Under the pieces are notes generated by a model that worked only from the letters and a program-made list of their open reading frames with translations, was not told the DNA's origin and made no database searches. Of a DNA stretch of 64,000 nt, positions 48,637-58,281 are shown in pieces; the stretch's first letter is position 1, and each line of letters starts with the position of its first letter. Location: contig CAVQEQ010000001.1 of assembly GCA_963711565.1 (NCBI GenBank), positions 320,001 through 384,000 on the forward strand, read 5' to 3'. This DNA is from an uncultured delta proteobacterium (GTDB lineage Bacteria > Desulfobacterota > Binatia > Binatales > Binataceae). Position numbers and translations under genes: made by a program.

Positions 48637-50151
48637 TCATAATCCGAACATGTTGCCGGGCACCACCCTGATGATATTGCCCCGCACGTGGACCGTCAAC
48701 GCGTTCTCGGTGATCGTCACCGCCTGCTGCTTTTGCGCTTCAGTCTTAACCGTGCCGTCAAGGTACGCCTCCTGGCCAATCACCTTGACCGTCACGCCGG
48801 TCAGGCCGGCAGCGTAAAGCTGCGACGCGATCGCGGCCTGGCGTGCGGCCCATTCCGCGGTGTCCGTCTGCAGCGAATCGATGACGTTGCCGACGCCCGG
48901 CACCTGGCGCACGATTTTTACCGCGTACAGCTTGGCGTCGTTGTCAAACACCTTGCCGAAAATCGTCACCGTGTCGCCGCTGGTATAACAGTCCACCCGC
49001 CGCGTCCGCGGATTCGACGACAGCACCTGCTTGACGCGCTGCTGCAAGGTAAGAGTCGGCGTCGGTGGCGGGCGGTGCGCGACATGATGCTTGCGCGGGA
49101 GTGGCGCCGGCGCGACGGCCTCCGCCGGCGGCGTCTCGACGGCAGCGGGCGTCGGCGCGCTCACCGCTTCCGATGCGGCCGTCGAGGCCTCCGGCGACGG
49201 GGGCGCGCTGGCAAATTCCGGCGGCTCGGTCGGGCTCAGTCCCGCCAGCTTGGTGTTGAGTTGCGACTCTAGCGCGTCCTTGGTGGATGGGTCGTTGGTG
49301 AAGATCACCGGGTAATCAATCTCGACGTCGCTCCCGCCGAAGGGCGGGTAGTTCCATGCGGACACATCCTTCACCACTTCCGCGTCGAAGGCCGGATTCG
49401 GATTGGTCAACGTCCGCACAGACGCCGCGTCCACGATGCCGCTGGGCAGTACCCTGACTCGCACGACCATCGCGTCGCGCATCGAGCTGTCACCGGCGAG
49501 CGCGTGCGTGTAGCTGTCGAGCAATGGGTCGGTGCGATCATTGAAGAACTTGCGCGCCGAATCCTGGTTTCGTTCCGGCGCGGACGCGGATTCCCCCGTC
49601 ACCTGCACCGGTATCGCGTTCGCCAGCGCCACTAGCGGTCCCGTCGGCACCGCGGCTGCCACCGACGCGACCGCGGATGGCGACGCGACGGCCACCGGGG
49701 CCACCGCTGATTTGTTGCTTAGATTTATTGCGAGCCACGCGCCGCCGCCGAGCGCGACGATAGCTGCGATCACGTACGCGAGGATGCCCAACATCCCGCG
49801 GCCTTCTTTTTCGCCGTCGTCATTGGGCATCCTGCCGGTAATAGGCATCGACGGCGACGCGCCGCGCCGCGCGGTAGTCGGATTGCGTGACGTCGGCGCC
49901 CGCGGTGGCGGCGGTGTGTACGTCTCCGCGGCCGATTCGACCCCGAGTCGCGCGCCGCAGAAATTGCAGATCAGTTCGCCCGGCTGCGCCTTGCCGCCGC
50001 ACACGGGACATTCGATCTGCTCGCCTTCGCCGCTGCTGCGTCCCGCGGCTTCGACAAAGGCAGGACCGGCGGGGACCAGCGCAGTTCCGTCAGCGTCGCA
50101 AAACTTTTCTGAGTCGGGGTAGGTTCTTTCGCAGCGCGGGCACCTGTTCAT
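48637..50151 (-). CDS. Membrane protein: double zinc ribbon + TM + TonB_C/AgmX-like domain + two BON domains
   Basis: CPRC..FCDADG, CPVC..CNFCG, a TM helix, FD..V...V..W.YPP....VEIDYP..F, TVTIFGKV...VPGVGNVID.L, AYLDGTV. Confidence 0.8.
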   Translation of the reverse strand: MNRCPRCERTYPDSEKFCDADGTALVPAGPAFVEAAGRSSGEGEQIECPVCGGKAQPGELICNFCGARLGVESAAETYTPPPPRAPTSRNPTTARRGASPSMPITGRMPNDDGEKEGRGMLGILAYVIAAIVALGGGAWLAINLSNKSAVAPVAVASPSAVASVAAAVPTGPLVALANAIPVQVTGESASAPERNQDSARKFFNDRTDPLLDSYTHALAGDSSMRDAMVVRVRVLPSGIVDAASVRTLTNPNPAFDAEVVKDVSAWNYPPFGGSDVEIDYPVIFTNDPSTKDALESQLNTKLAGLSPTEPPEFASAPPSPEASTAASEAVSAPTPAAVETPPAEAVAPAPLPRKHHVAHRPPPTPTLTLQQRVKQVLSSNPRTRRVDCYTSGDTVTIFGKVFDNDAKLYAVKIVRQVPGVGNVIDSLQTDTAEWAARQAAIASQLYAAGLTGVTVKVIGQEAYLDGTVKTEAQKQQAVTITENALTVHVRGNIIRVVPGNMFGL

Positions 50152-50212
50152 GTTAGTAAGAAGTCCTCCGGCGAAAGTTTCGATGATATCGGCGCGAATT
50201 GCGACACGCCGA

Positions 50213-51064
50213 TCAACTCCTCGCGATTACTTCGGCGCCGAATTTTTCCATCGCCGCGAGATGATCGCGGGTCGTCGCGGCCGGCCCGACGATTATTCGT
50301 GACACGCCCATCGCGGCGAATTTTTCGATATCTCCCGCCTTCAATTGTTCGCGCAGCCGGCTGACCGTAATTTCCAGCGGCACTGTCCGATCCGCCGCGC
50401 GCTCATGCTCGCGCAGGCGCTTGATCGTCGCCGCGATCTCGTCGTTACCCTCCGCGATTCCGTACCAGCCGTCGCCGAGTTTCGCCGCCCGCTTGAGGGA
50501 AGGTTCGGTATTGCCGCCGAATACGATCGGCGGATGCGGCTTTTGCGCGGGCTTGGGCATGAACTTGAATCCTTGGACGCTGATCGTTTTGCCGTGATAT
50601 TCCGGCGAATCCTTAGTCCAAAGCTCCTTCATCAGCGCGAGATATTCGCGCGTGCGCAGGGCGCGGTCCTTGAAGTTCATTCCGACTCCTTCGAACTCCT
50701 CTTCGAGCCATCCGATCCCGACGCCGAAAATAAAGCGCCCGCCGGAAAGCACGTCCAGGCTGACGACCGCCTTGGCAGTCGTAAAGGCGTTACGAATCGG
50801 CAGCACAAAAACTCCGGTTGCCAGCCGAATCTTCGTCGTGACGCCGGCGACATACGCCAGCGCCAGCAAGGGATCGTGCAGGGGCGTCTCCGGCGGCGCG
50901 CCCATCCTTCCTGTAGAAGAATACGGATACGGCGAGCGGTACGTTACCGGCAAAATAATATGCTCGGGGATCCAGAGCGATTCGAAGCCGCTCTCCTCGG
51001 CTTTGCGAGCGACCGCCGCGATACTGTTAGGCGATGTTTGATACAAGAATGTGCCGAATTTCAT
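50213..51064 (-). CDS. LLM-class flavin/F420-dependent oxidoreductase (Rv2161c-like)
   Basis: GFESLWIPEH, DP, LDVLSGGRFIFGVGIGWLEEEF, PKPAQKPHPPIVFGG. Confidence 0.9.
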   Translation of the reverse strand: MKFGTFLYQTSPNSIAAVARKAEESGFESLWIPEHIILPVTYRSPYPYSSTGRMGAPPETPLHDPLLALAYVAGVTTKIRLATGVFVLPIRNAFTTAKAVVSLDVLSGGRFIFGVGIGWLEEEFEGVGMNFKDRALRTREYLALMKELWTKDSPEYHGKTISVQGFKFMPKPAQKPHPPIVFGGNTEPSLKRAAKLGDGWYGIAEGNDEIAATIKRLREHERAADRTVPLEITVSRLREQLKAGDIEKFAAMGVSRIIVGPAATTRDHLAAMEKFGAEVIARS

Positions 51065-51100
51065 TGGGTTTAACCGCCTGCGCGCGAGATTTTTACAATC

Positions 51101-52525
51101 CTAATCAGTTTCCAGCTTCACCGCGAAGACCGCCGGATCCTCGATCGTGCGCAAATCGAGATGGAACGAATCGTCGAGCACACGCCCGATTATTCGCGCG
51201 CGCCGGAACATCGCGGTGATCGCGCTGGCTGATTTCTCGGGATGCGTCACCCGCAGCGCAACCGACTTCAACTCCTCGACCGGCATCGCGCCCGAGCCGA
51301 CCTGCGAGGACGCATCGACAATCTCGACGATGTAGCCGGCGCCGAGCCGTTCCGCCACGATCTCCCGCGCGCGCGGCGCGATAGACGCAATCTCACTCGC
51401 GCTGCGTCCCAGGATTCGAAGTGTTGGCAACTCTCCCCGCAAATCGCGCGAGCGAAGATACAGCCGCATCGTCGCCGCCAGCGCCGCCAGCGTCAGCTTG
51501 TCGCATCGCAGCGCACGCTTCAGCGGATTGCGCTTGATTCGATCGATCGCGGCGCGCCTCCCCACGATCACGCCCGCCTGCGGACCGCCAAGCAGCTTGT
51601 CGCCCGAGAACGTGACGACAGCAGCGCCCGCGGCGATTCGCTCGCGCACAATCGGTTCGCGCGGAATCCCGTACTCGGTCAGATCGATCAGCGCACCCGC
51701 GCCAAGATCCTCCATCACGTCGATTCCGCGGGCGCGGCCGATCTCAACCAGATCTTCCAGCGTCACTTCGCTGGTGAAGCCGACGACGCGGTAATTTGAC
51801 GGATGGACTTTCAGCAACAGCGCGGTTTCAGTGCCGATCGCATCAGCATAGTCGCGCGGATGCGTTCGATTGGTGGTCCCGACCTCGCGCAGAATCGCGC
51901 CGCTCTTGGCCATCACGTCGGGCAATCGAAACGAACCGCCAATCTCGATCATCTCGCCGCGCGACACTATTACTTCGCGCCCCTCGGCGAGCGAGTTGAG
52001 CGCGAGCACGACCGCCGCGGCGTTGTTGTTTACGACGGTCGCACCCTCGGCTCCGGTCAGAGCGCAAATCTCGTCCTCGACGATCGAATCGCGGTCGCCG
52101 CGCCCGCCGGTTTCGAGATCGTATTCGAGGTTGACCGCTGATCGCGCGGCCATCTCGACCGCCTCGATCGCAGGTTCAGCGAGAATCGCGCGACCGAGAT
52201 TCGTATGCAGCACGACTCCGGTCGCGTTGACGACCGGCTCAAGCACTGGTTCATCGGCCGCCGCTGCACGCGCGACCTCGCGCACGATCGCGTCGATCAG
52301 AGTGTCGCGGGCGCGCGGATGCGTGTCGCGTCCCGAGAGAATCGCGGCGCGCAGTTCAGCCTGCGCGCGCTGCAGCATGACTTTGAGGTAGCTCCGGCCG
52401 AATCTCGCAAGCTCTGGATTAGCTTCCGCAGCGCGAAGGCATTCGTCGATCTGTGGCAGCGCGCGAATCGACTCCGCGCGCTTGTCAGCATCGGCGTCAC
52501 GATTCTTTCGCGAGTGTTTCGGCAC
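51101..52525 (-). CDS. selA: L-seryl-tRNA(Sec) selenium transferase
   Basis: NATGVVLHTNLGRA, VNNNAAA, SRGE.IEIGGSFRLPD, EVGTTNRT, FSGDKLLGGPQAG. Confidence 0.97.
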   Translation of the reverse strand: MPKHSRKNRDADADKRAESIRALPQIDECLRAAEANPELARFGRSYLKVMLQRAQAELRAAILSGRDTHPRARDTLIDAIVREVARAAAADEPVLEPVVNATGVVLHTNLGRAILAEPAIEAVEMAARSAVNLEYDLETGGRGDRDSIVEDEICALTGAEGATVVNNNAAAVVLALNSLAEGREVIVSRGEMIEIGGSFRLPDVMAKSGAILREVGTTNRTHPRDYADAIGTETALLLKVHPSNYRVVGFTSEVTLEDLVEIGRARGIDVMEDLGAGALIDLTEYGIPREPIVRERIAAGAAVVTFSGDKLLGGPQAGVIVGRRAAIDRIKRNPLKRALRCDKLTLAALAATMRLYLRSRDLRGELPTLRILGRSASEIASIAPRAREIVAERLGAGYIVEIVDASSQVGSGAMPVEELKSVALRVTHPEKSASAITAMFRRARIIGRVLDDSFHLDLRTIEDPAVFAVKLETD

Positions 52526-52585
52526 GGGGGCTAGATTATCCTAATCACCTCTCACCTCGGGAGAGGTAAAGAAAGGAACTCTCGA

Positions 52586-53902
52586 CTAAGCGGGTTGCTG
52601 CTCTATTTCCTCCTGCGCTCGTGCGATCAACTTCAGCTTGGTCAGCAACAGAAAGCCGCACAGCAGCGAGAACGCCGCGCAGAAATACACCGCCGCGCGC
52701 GGGCTCGCATGCTCGCCGATATAGCCAACCGCCAGGCTGCCGATAGGAGCGGTGCCGATGAACGACAGCGTGTAGATACTCATCACGCGGCCGCGCAGTT
52801 CGTCGGTGACGAACAGCTGCAGGAGAGTGTTAGTCGTCACCATGTGATTCATCAGGCCGACCCCAATCAACATCTGCGTGAGCAACGAGAGCCACATCCA
52901 GGTTGACGCGCCGAAGCCTGCGGTCGCGATCGCCATCAGAAAGATGCCGAAGACCAGGTTCTGCCGCAGCGCTTTGGGAGCCGTCGAGCGCACGTTCATC
53001 ACGATCGCGCTTATCACCGCGCCCAACCCCTGCGCCGCCATCAGAAAGCCGTAGCCGTGCGCGCCGACGTGCAGCAGGTCGCGCGCGAACAGGGGGATCA
53101 ACACCGAGTACTGCATCCCGATTCCCATGTTGATCGCGACCAGCACCATCAGCCACAGGGTCGGGCGATGCTTCCATACGTAGGACAGGCCGAGGCGGAC
53201 TTGCCGCATCATGGTGGCGCCGAATTCGCGCCGCTCTCGCCGCGGCAAATTCATCTCGAACAGGCTCCAGATGACGGCGAGATAGCTCAGGCCGTTGAGC
53301 ATGAAGCAGCCGGCGATGCCGATCACGGCGAGCGACAGGCCGGCGATCGCGGGTCCGATCATGCGCGCGCCGTTGAAGATCATCGAGTTCATCGAGATCG
53401 CGTTGGGCAAATCCTCGCGCCCAACCATCTCGACTACGAAGGCCTGCCGCCCCGGCATGTCGAATGAACTGACAAGCCCGTTGAGCGCGGCCAGCGCGAT
53501 CACATATTCGACTTTGACGACGCCGGCCCACGTCAATCCTGCGAGCACGAACGCGCTGAGCATCAAGAGCGTCTGAGCGCCGATAATCAGGCGGCGACGA
53601 TCGACGTGATCGACCACCACGCCGGCGAACAACGCGACCAGCACGATCGGCATGAAGCCGGCAAACGACACGACACCGAGCATCAACGATGAGTTCGTGA
53701 GCTTCAGAACGAGCCACGATTGCGCGACCATCTGCATCCAGGTGCCGATCAGCGAGATCAGCTGCCCGACGAAGAAGAGCCTGAAATTGCGATGCCGCAG
53801 CGCACGGAACGCGGTGAGCCGGCCGCCCCAGTTGTCCTGCGCGGGAACGTCCCCACCCGCCTCATCAACCTCGGCGGCTTCTATTTCCGGAACGGTATCG
53901 AT
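52586..53902 (-). CDS. MFS transporter (MFS_3/DUF894-like); start codon unresolved
   Basis: Multi-TM protein with GVVVDHVDRRR. The frame continues upstream of ATG 53737 through AFRALRHRNFRLFFVGQLISLIGTW to a stop at 53954-53956 with no ATG/GTG/TTG. The 5' end shown (ATC 53902) is a placeholder. Confidence 0.85.
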   Translation of the reverse strand: MDTVPEIEAAEVDEAGGDVPAQDNWGGRLTAFRALRHRNFRLFFVGQLISLIGTWMQMVAQSWLVLKLTNSSLMLGVVSFAGFMPIVLVALFAGVVVDHVDRRRLIIGAQTLLMLSAFVLAGLTWAGVVKVEYVIALAALNGLVSSFDMPGRQAFVVEMVGREDLPNAISMNSMIFNGARMIGPAIAGLSLAVIGIAGCFMLNGLSYLAVIWSLFEMNLPRRERREFGATMMRQVRLGLSYVWKHRPTLWLMVLVAINMGIGMQYSVLIPLFARDLLHVGAHGYGFLMAAQGLGAVISAIVMNVRSTAPKALRQNLVFGIFLMAIATAGFGASTWMWLSLLTQMLIGVGLMNHMVTTNTLLQLFVTDELRGRVMSIYTLSFIGTAPIGSLAVGYIGEHASPRAAVYFCAAFSLLCGFLLLTKLKLIARAQEEIEQQPA

Positions 53903-54002
53903 GGCGCTATCCCAGGAATTCTGAACTCCCCTACTTTGCCAGAGCCAATTTCTCTAATCGAGTACCTTGCCGCGATGACCTCTCTTTGCAACCCTGCCCT
54001 CT

Positions 54003-55913
54003 GTGACTGACGCACTTCTGTCGCGAATCGAGATCCGCTTTCTCGACGCTGCGAGCAATCCGCGGGCGCTCGCTCTCGATGCGCCCACTGCCGCGCGCGA
54101 GTCGAGCACTATTCGCGACGGGATCGGCATCTCGGCAAATCTCGAACACGCGCTCGGTGGTACGATCGTCCGCACGACGATCGCCAATCGTGGCGGTGAC
54201 ACCGTCCGACTCAGGTCCGCAATCTTCGAAGTCTCGACCGGCTTCGCGCCGGGCGCACCCGCGCGCTTTTTCAAGCACGGCTACCAGTCATGGAGCGCGT
54301 CGGGCGGGCACGTTGTCGCAGCGGCGCAAACCCATCCACGAGACACCGCGCACTTCATCACGCGCGTCAATCATCAGAGCGAAACGACTCGACCGCCTGA
54401 ATTCCCCGAGGCGCAGACCTCCGAACTTTTCACGATCGTCGAAAGTAGCAATGCAAGCGGGCGCGTGCTGGCCGGATTCATCGGCGCCGCCACTTCGCTC
54501 TCTACTCTCACCGTCTCGAGCCCTGAAAAAATAGTCGCACGCGCGATCCTCGACGATGTAAGCCTCGCACCGGGCGCGCATCGCGAACTCGATCCGTTGT
54601 TCATCGCGACTGGCGATGAATCCGCCGCGCGCTTTGCCGCGCGATGGGCCGACGCAACCGGCCGATGGATGAACGCACGCGTGAGCGCGCCGTTCCAGCG
54701 CGGGTGGTGTTCCTGGTACCACTACTTTCACGCGATCATCGAGGACGCGCTCCGCGCGAACCTCAAATCGCTTGAGGCGATGCGCTCGGAGTTTCCGCTC
54801 GACGTAATCCAGCTCGACGACGGCTTTCAATCCGCGCTGGGTGATTGGGATACCACCAACGCGAAGTTTCCGGGCGGTCTCAGGAAAATCGCCGGCGAAA
54901 TCCGCGCCGCAGGCTTCAAAGCCGGCATCTGGACCGCGCCGTTTCTTGCCGCCCGCGATTCGCGCCTGATGTCGCATCATCCAGACTGGTTCATCATGCA
55001 CGCGGAGAGCGGCGAACCCGTCCGCGCCGGCCACAATCCGAACTGGACCGCGAGCGACGACAAGTTCGCGTACGCGCTCGACGCGAGCAACCCGGCGTTC
55101 CGCGCGCACCTGCATCGGCTGTTCGCGAAGCTCACGCGCGAATTCGGCTTCTCGTATCTGAAGCTCGATTTTCTCTATGCCGCCGCAGCGCCGGGCCGTC
55201 ATCACGATCCAAACCTCACGCGCGGCGAGACTTTGCGCCGAGGCCTCGAGGCGATTCGCGCCGGCGCGGGCGACGACGCGTTCATCCTCGGATGCGGCTG
55301 CCCAATTGGACAGGCGATCGGTGTCGTGGACGGGATGCGCATCGGGCCCGACGTTTCGCCGTATTGGGGCTCGACGGCTTCCGGAGCGGGCGATCCGTCC
55401 ACGGTTTACGCACTCGACGCGATCATCGCGCGCAGCTTTATGCATCGCCGTCTGTGGCTGAACGACCCCGACTGCCTGATGCTGCGGGCGCGCGAAACGC
55501 GCCTCACCGCCGACGAGCGCGCCGCGCTGGCCGCAACGATAGTCGGCAGCGGCGGGATGCTGCTAATTTCCGACGACATGAGCCTGCTCGACGCCGAAGC
55601 CGGAAAACTATTTCGCGCCGTCGCGCAAATCGCCGAAGAGATCGATTCAAACTGCGCGCAGGAGCCGGTGTTGGCGCTCGATCTGATGACTAACGGCGAC
55701 GTTCGCGGACTGATCAGCAAAAATGCCGACGGCGGCGCGATCGCGATGCTCCTGAACCGCGGCGATGCCCCTGCCCGCGTTGATCGATCCGATCTAAAGC
55801 TGGGAACCGCGGAGATTGTCGCACTCGATCTCGCCGTCGACGAGAAAATTGAAATCTTCGATACGATCGATCTGCCGCCGCACTCCGCGAGGATTCTTAG
55901 AGTCAGCCGCTAG
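54003..55913 (+). CDS. Glycoside hydrolase family 36 (alpha-galactosidase-like)
   Basis: GYQSWS, GWCSWY, QLDDGFQ, GIWTAPF, YLKLDFLY, ILGCG.P, MRIGPD, NDPDC. Confidence 0.92.
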   Translation: MTDALLSRIEIRFLDAASNPRALALDAPTAARESSTIRDGIGISANLEHALGGTIVRTTIANRGGDTVRLRSAIFEVSTGFAPGAPARFFKHGYQSWSASGGHVVAAAQTHPRDTAHFITRVNHQSETTRPPEFPEAQTSELFTIVESSNASGRVLAGFIGAATSLSTLTVSSPEKIVARAILDDVSLAPGAHRELDPLFIATGDESAARFAARWADATGRWMNARVSAPFQRGWCSWYHYFHAIIEDALRANLKSLEAMRSEFPLDVIQLDDGFQSALGDWDTTNAKFPGGLRKIAGEIRAAGFKAGIWTAPFLAARDSRLMSHHPDWFIMHAESGEPVRAGHNPNWTASDDKFAYALDASNPAFRAHLHRLFAKLTREFGFSYLKLDFLYAAAAPGRHHDPNLTRGETLRRGLEAIRAGAGDDAFILGCGCPIGQAIGVVDGMRIGPDVSPYWGSTASGAGDPSTVYALDAIIARSFMHRRLWLNDPDCLMLRARETRLTADERAALAATIVGSGGMLLISDDMSLLDAEAGKLFRAVAQIAEEIDSNCAQEPVLALDLMTNGDVRGLISKNADGGAIAMLLNRGDAPARVDRSDLKLGTAEIVALDLAVDEKIEIFDTIDLPPHSARILRVSR

Positions 55914-55947
55914 CGTGCCGGATGCATCATTCTGGCGCAGTTCCTTT

Positions 55948-56045
55948 TGTCATTCAGAGCGGAGTCTGCGAAGCGAAGAATCCCGGAAGCTCTGCGGTGG
56001 CGAGCGTGGCGCCGGGATTCTTCGCCGCGGCGGCTCTGAATGACA
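55948..56045. repeat. Family-D 98-bp nested inverted repeat element
   Basis: TGTCATTCAGAGC/GCTCTGAATGACA outer arms (13 bp perfect) and GCGAAGAATCCCGG/CCGGGATTCTTCGC inner arms (14 bp perfect), between convergent genes. Confidence 0.85.
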
Positions 56046-56057
56046 GAAGCGAAAAGA

Positions 56058-57443
56058 TCAGAGCGAAACGTGCGCCAGATCGATCACGCTCGCGCCTGCG
56101 CCCGCATGCAAGACGGCTCGCGAATTCTCAACCGGCGCGACAGGGTCCAGCTTCGCATAGTAGCCGCGATCGATCGATTCAATCACCGCGTCCGCGCCCG
56201 CCACTTCGCACAGCGCGACAATCGAGCCGCCGAAGCCCGCGCCCGTCAGCCGCGCGCCGAGGGCGCCGCCGCGCCGCGCGCATTCCACGATTGCGTCGAG
56301 GCGGTTCGTGCTGCATTCAAAGTCGCCGGCGAGACTTTGATGCGACGCATCCATCAATGTTCCCATTTCGTCGAGGCGGCCCGCCGCGAGCACGTCCGCC
56401 GCACCAATTACCCGCTCAGTCTCGCTCAGCACGTGCCGCGCACGCTTCAGAATTTCCAGAGGGCGGTTCAAGTCCAATGCGATTCGCGTCGATCCATGTC
56501 CAAGCAACTCGGCATCGAGCGCCGACTGGGTCACGCGCAGGATGCTCGCCGCCTCTTTCAGATCAGCGCCGAGCCGCGCTGGCGACGCTGCCGCAAGTTT
56601 CTCGACGAGTTCTGCCGCGTTCCATTCCGGCAATGCGCGAACCACGTCGCCAAGAACTGTCACGCCGTCGAGCTTGAGTGCGCGCCCGAGAATTCGCGCT
56701 GCCAACGAGCATTCGACGACGCGCCGATTATATTCGGCGCGCACCGTGCCCGACTTGTCCGCGATTTCGCGGCTATCCGCCACGACCAGAGCCGCGTTCG
56801 CCGGCATCTTTACCGCGCGTGCACGGATCGGAGCGAATTCGATAAACAGAGCATGGTCGCGGCGCCCGAGAATCGACACCGTCTGGTCCATCGCGCCCCC
56901 ATGCGTCCCGACGTACCGTTCGCTGCGCGCAACCATCGTCGCGGTGTCGATCGGTTCGAGCTCGATTTGGTTGATTGCCATGAAGGCCAGCGCGGTCGAA
57001 ACCGTGAGCGCCGACGATGACGACAATCCTGACCCCGGCGGCACGCGGCTGCCCACGACCATCGACGCGCCCCGCCATTTGCCGCGAGCCGCGAAGCGAT
57101 CGATAACTCCCTGGATCGCGGCCTTCACGTAGTTCGCCCAATCGCCGCTGTCATACGGTGGTATCTGCCGTTCGATTGCGAAACGGCGCGAGGGCCACGC
57201 AGAGTCGGCGTTCGCCACTTCGATTTCGCCGGTCTGGTTGGCGGCAGCGATGACGATTGTGGATCGATCGATCGCAACCGGCAGCACGGGCAGGCCGCTG
57301 TAGTCCGTATGCTCGCCGATAAGATTGACGCGGCCGGGTGCGCGCGCCGCGAAAATTCGCGCGTCCGCGCCAACGCGGATTTGATCCGCGAGCCGTCTAG
57401 CGCGCGCCAGTTCGTCGGCGTCCCATCCGTCGGGCAGATTCAT
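56058..57443 (-). CDS. galK: Galactokinase (GHMP kinase)
   Basis: APGRVNLIGEHTDY, W.NY, PPGSGLSSSSA, G.MDQ, YN.R..EC, GARLTGAGFGG; ATGA overlap with the upstream gene. Confidence 0.92.
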   Translation of the reverse strand: MNLPDGWDADELARARRLADQIRVGADARIFAARAPGRVNLIGEHTDYSGLPVLPVAIDRSTIVIAAANQTGEIEVANADSAWPSRRFAIERQIPPYDSGDWANYVKAAIQGVIDRFAARGKWRGASMVVGSRVPPGSGLSSSSALTVSTALAFMAINQIELEPIDTATMVARSERYVGTHGGAMDQTVSILGRRDHALFIEFAPIRARAVKMPANAALVVADSREIADKSGTVRAEYNRRVVECSLAARILGRALKLDGVTVLGDVVRALPEWNAAELVEKLAAASPARLGADLKEAASILRVTQSALDAELLGHGSTRIALDLNRPLEILKRARHVLSETERVIGAADVLAAGRLDEMGTLMDASHQSLAGDFECSTNRLDAIVECARRGGALGARLTGAGFGGSIVALCEVAGADAVIESIDRGYYAKLDPVAPVENSRAVLHAGAGASVIDLAHVSL

Positions 57444-58198
57444 CGCCGCTTCCTTTTTGGCTTGAACCATGCGCGAGCCGCTTCGAGGTCTTCGGGCGTG
57501 CCGACGTCGCTCCAGAAGCCACGCATGTCAACCGCGCGCACGATGCGGCCGTCGGAGATCATTTGCGCGATTGCGGCCGGAAGTTCAAGTTCGCCGCGCG
57601 CCGACAACGTCAGCCGCGCGAGGTAGTCGAAAATCATTTGGCCGGTAGCGAAGAGTCCCGCGTTGTTCCATTCGGTCTTTGCGGTGCTCGGCGCCGGTTT
57701 TTCTTCGAGCCGTTTGACAATCAAGTGCGCGTCCAAGTAAACGGCCGCGCCGCGGAATGGATCCTTGACGCGATTCACCGCTAGCATCAAATCGTACTCA
57801 TCGTTGCGCGCATGATGCACGAACCGCGGATAGTTCGCTCGGTCCATCAGAATGTCGCCCCAGCCGAAGACGAAGCGCGCCTGACCCACGAGATGCGGCT
57901 TCGCAGCGAGCATCGCGCCAGCGGTGCCGTTCAGTTCCGGCTGCCTGACTGTAGTGATTTTGACTCGCGGATTTTCGCGTTGATAGATTTTCGCCCATCC
58001 TTCGATTTGTTCGGACAGGTATCCGGTCACGACGATGAAATCTGAGAGTCCGGCAGCGGCGAGCGCGTCAACGATATGGGAAATCAGTGGCGCGCCCGCG
58101 ATTTCGAGGATTGGTTTCGGCGTGCCCGCCGTCAACGCGCCCAGGCGTTTGCCGCGCCCAGCCGCGAGCAGGACCGCCGTGTTCAATTCCACCGCCAC
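57440..58198 (-). CDS. Sugar-1-phosphate nucleotidyltransferase (NTP_transferase family)
   Basis: LLAAGRGKRL..LT..TPKP, GTAGA, WGD, EEKP, SARGELEL, WSDVGT. Confidence 0.9.
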   Translation of the reverse strand: MAVELNTAVLLAAGRGKRLGALTAGTPKPILEIAGAPLISHIVDALAAAGLSDFIVVTGYLSEQIEGWAKIYQRENPRVKITTVRQPELNGTAGAMLAAKPHLVGQARFVFGWGDILMDRANYPRFVHHARNDEYDLMLAVNRVKDPFRGAAVYLDAHLIVKRLEEKPAPSTAKTEWNNAGLFATGQMIFDYLARLTLSARGELELPAAIAQMISDGRIVRAVDMRGFWSDVGTPEDLEAARAWFKPKRKRR

Positions 58199-58281
58199 CC
58201 GCCCAAGATAGCATCGCGGCGACCTTCGGGAATGCTTGGCTGGCGGTATATAGTTGAGTAGAAGTTTAGCGAGAGCCGCAA

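Noticed and set aside
51101-52525. Selenoprotein TGA readthrough near selA
   Set aside because: No gene in the window appears broken by an in-frame TGA at a Cys-equivalent site; selB, selC and selD are not here.
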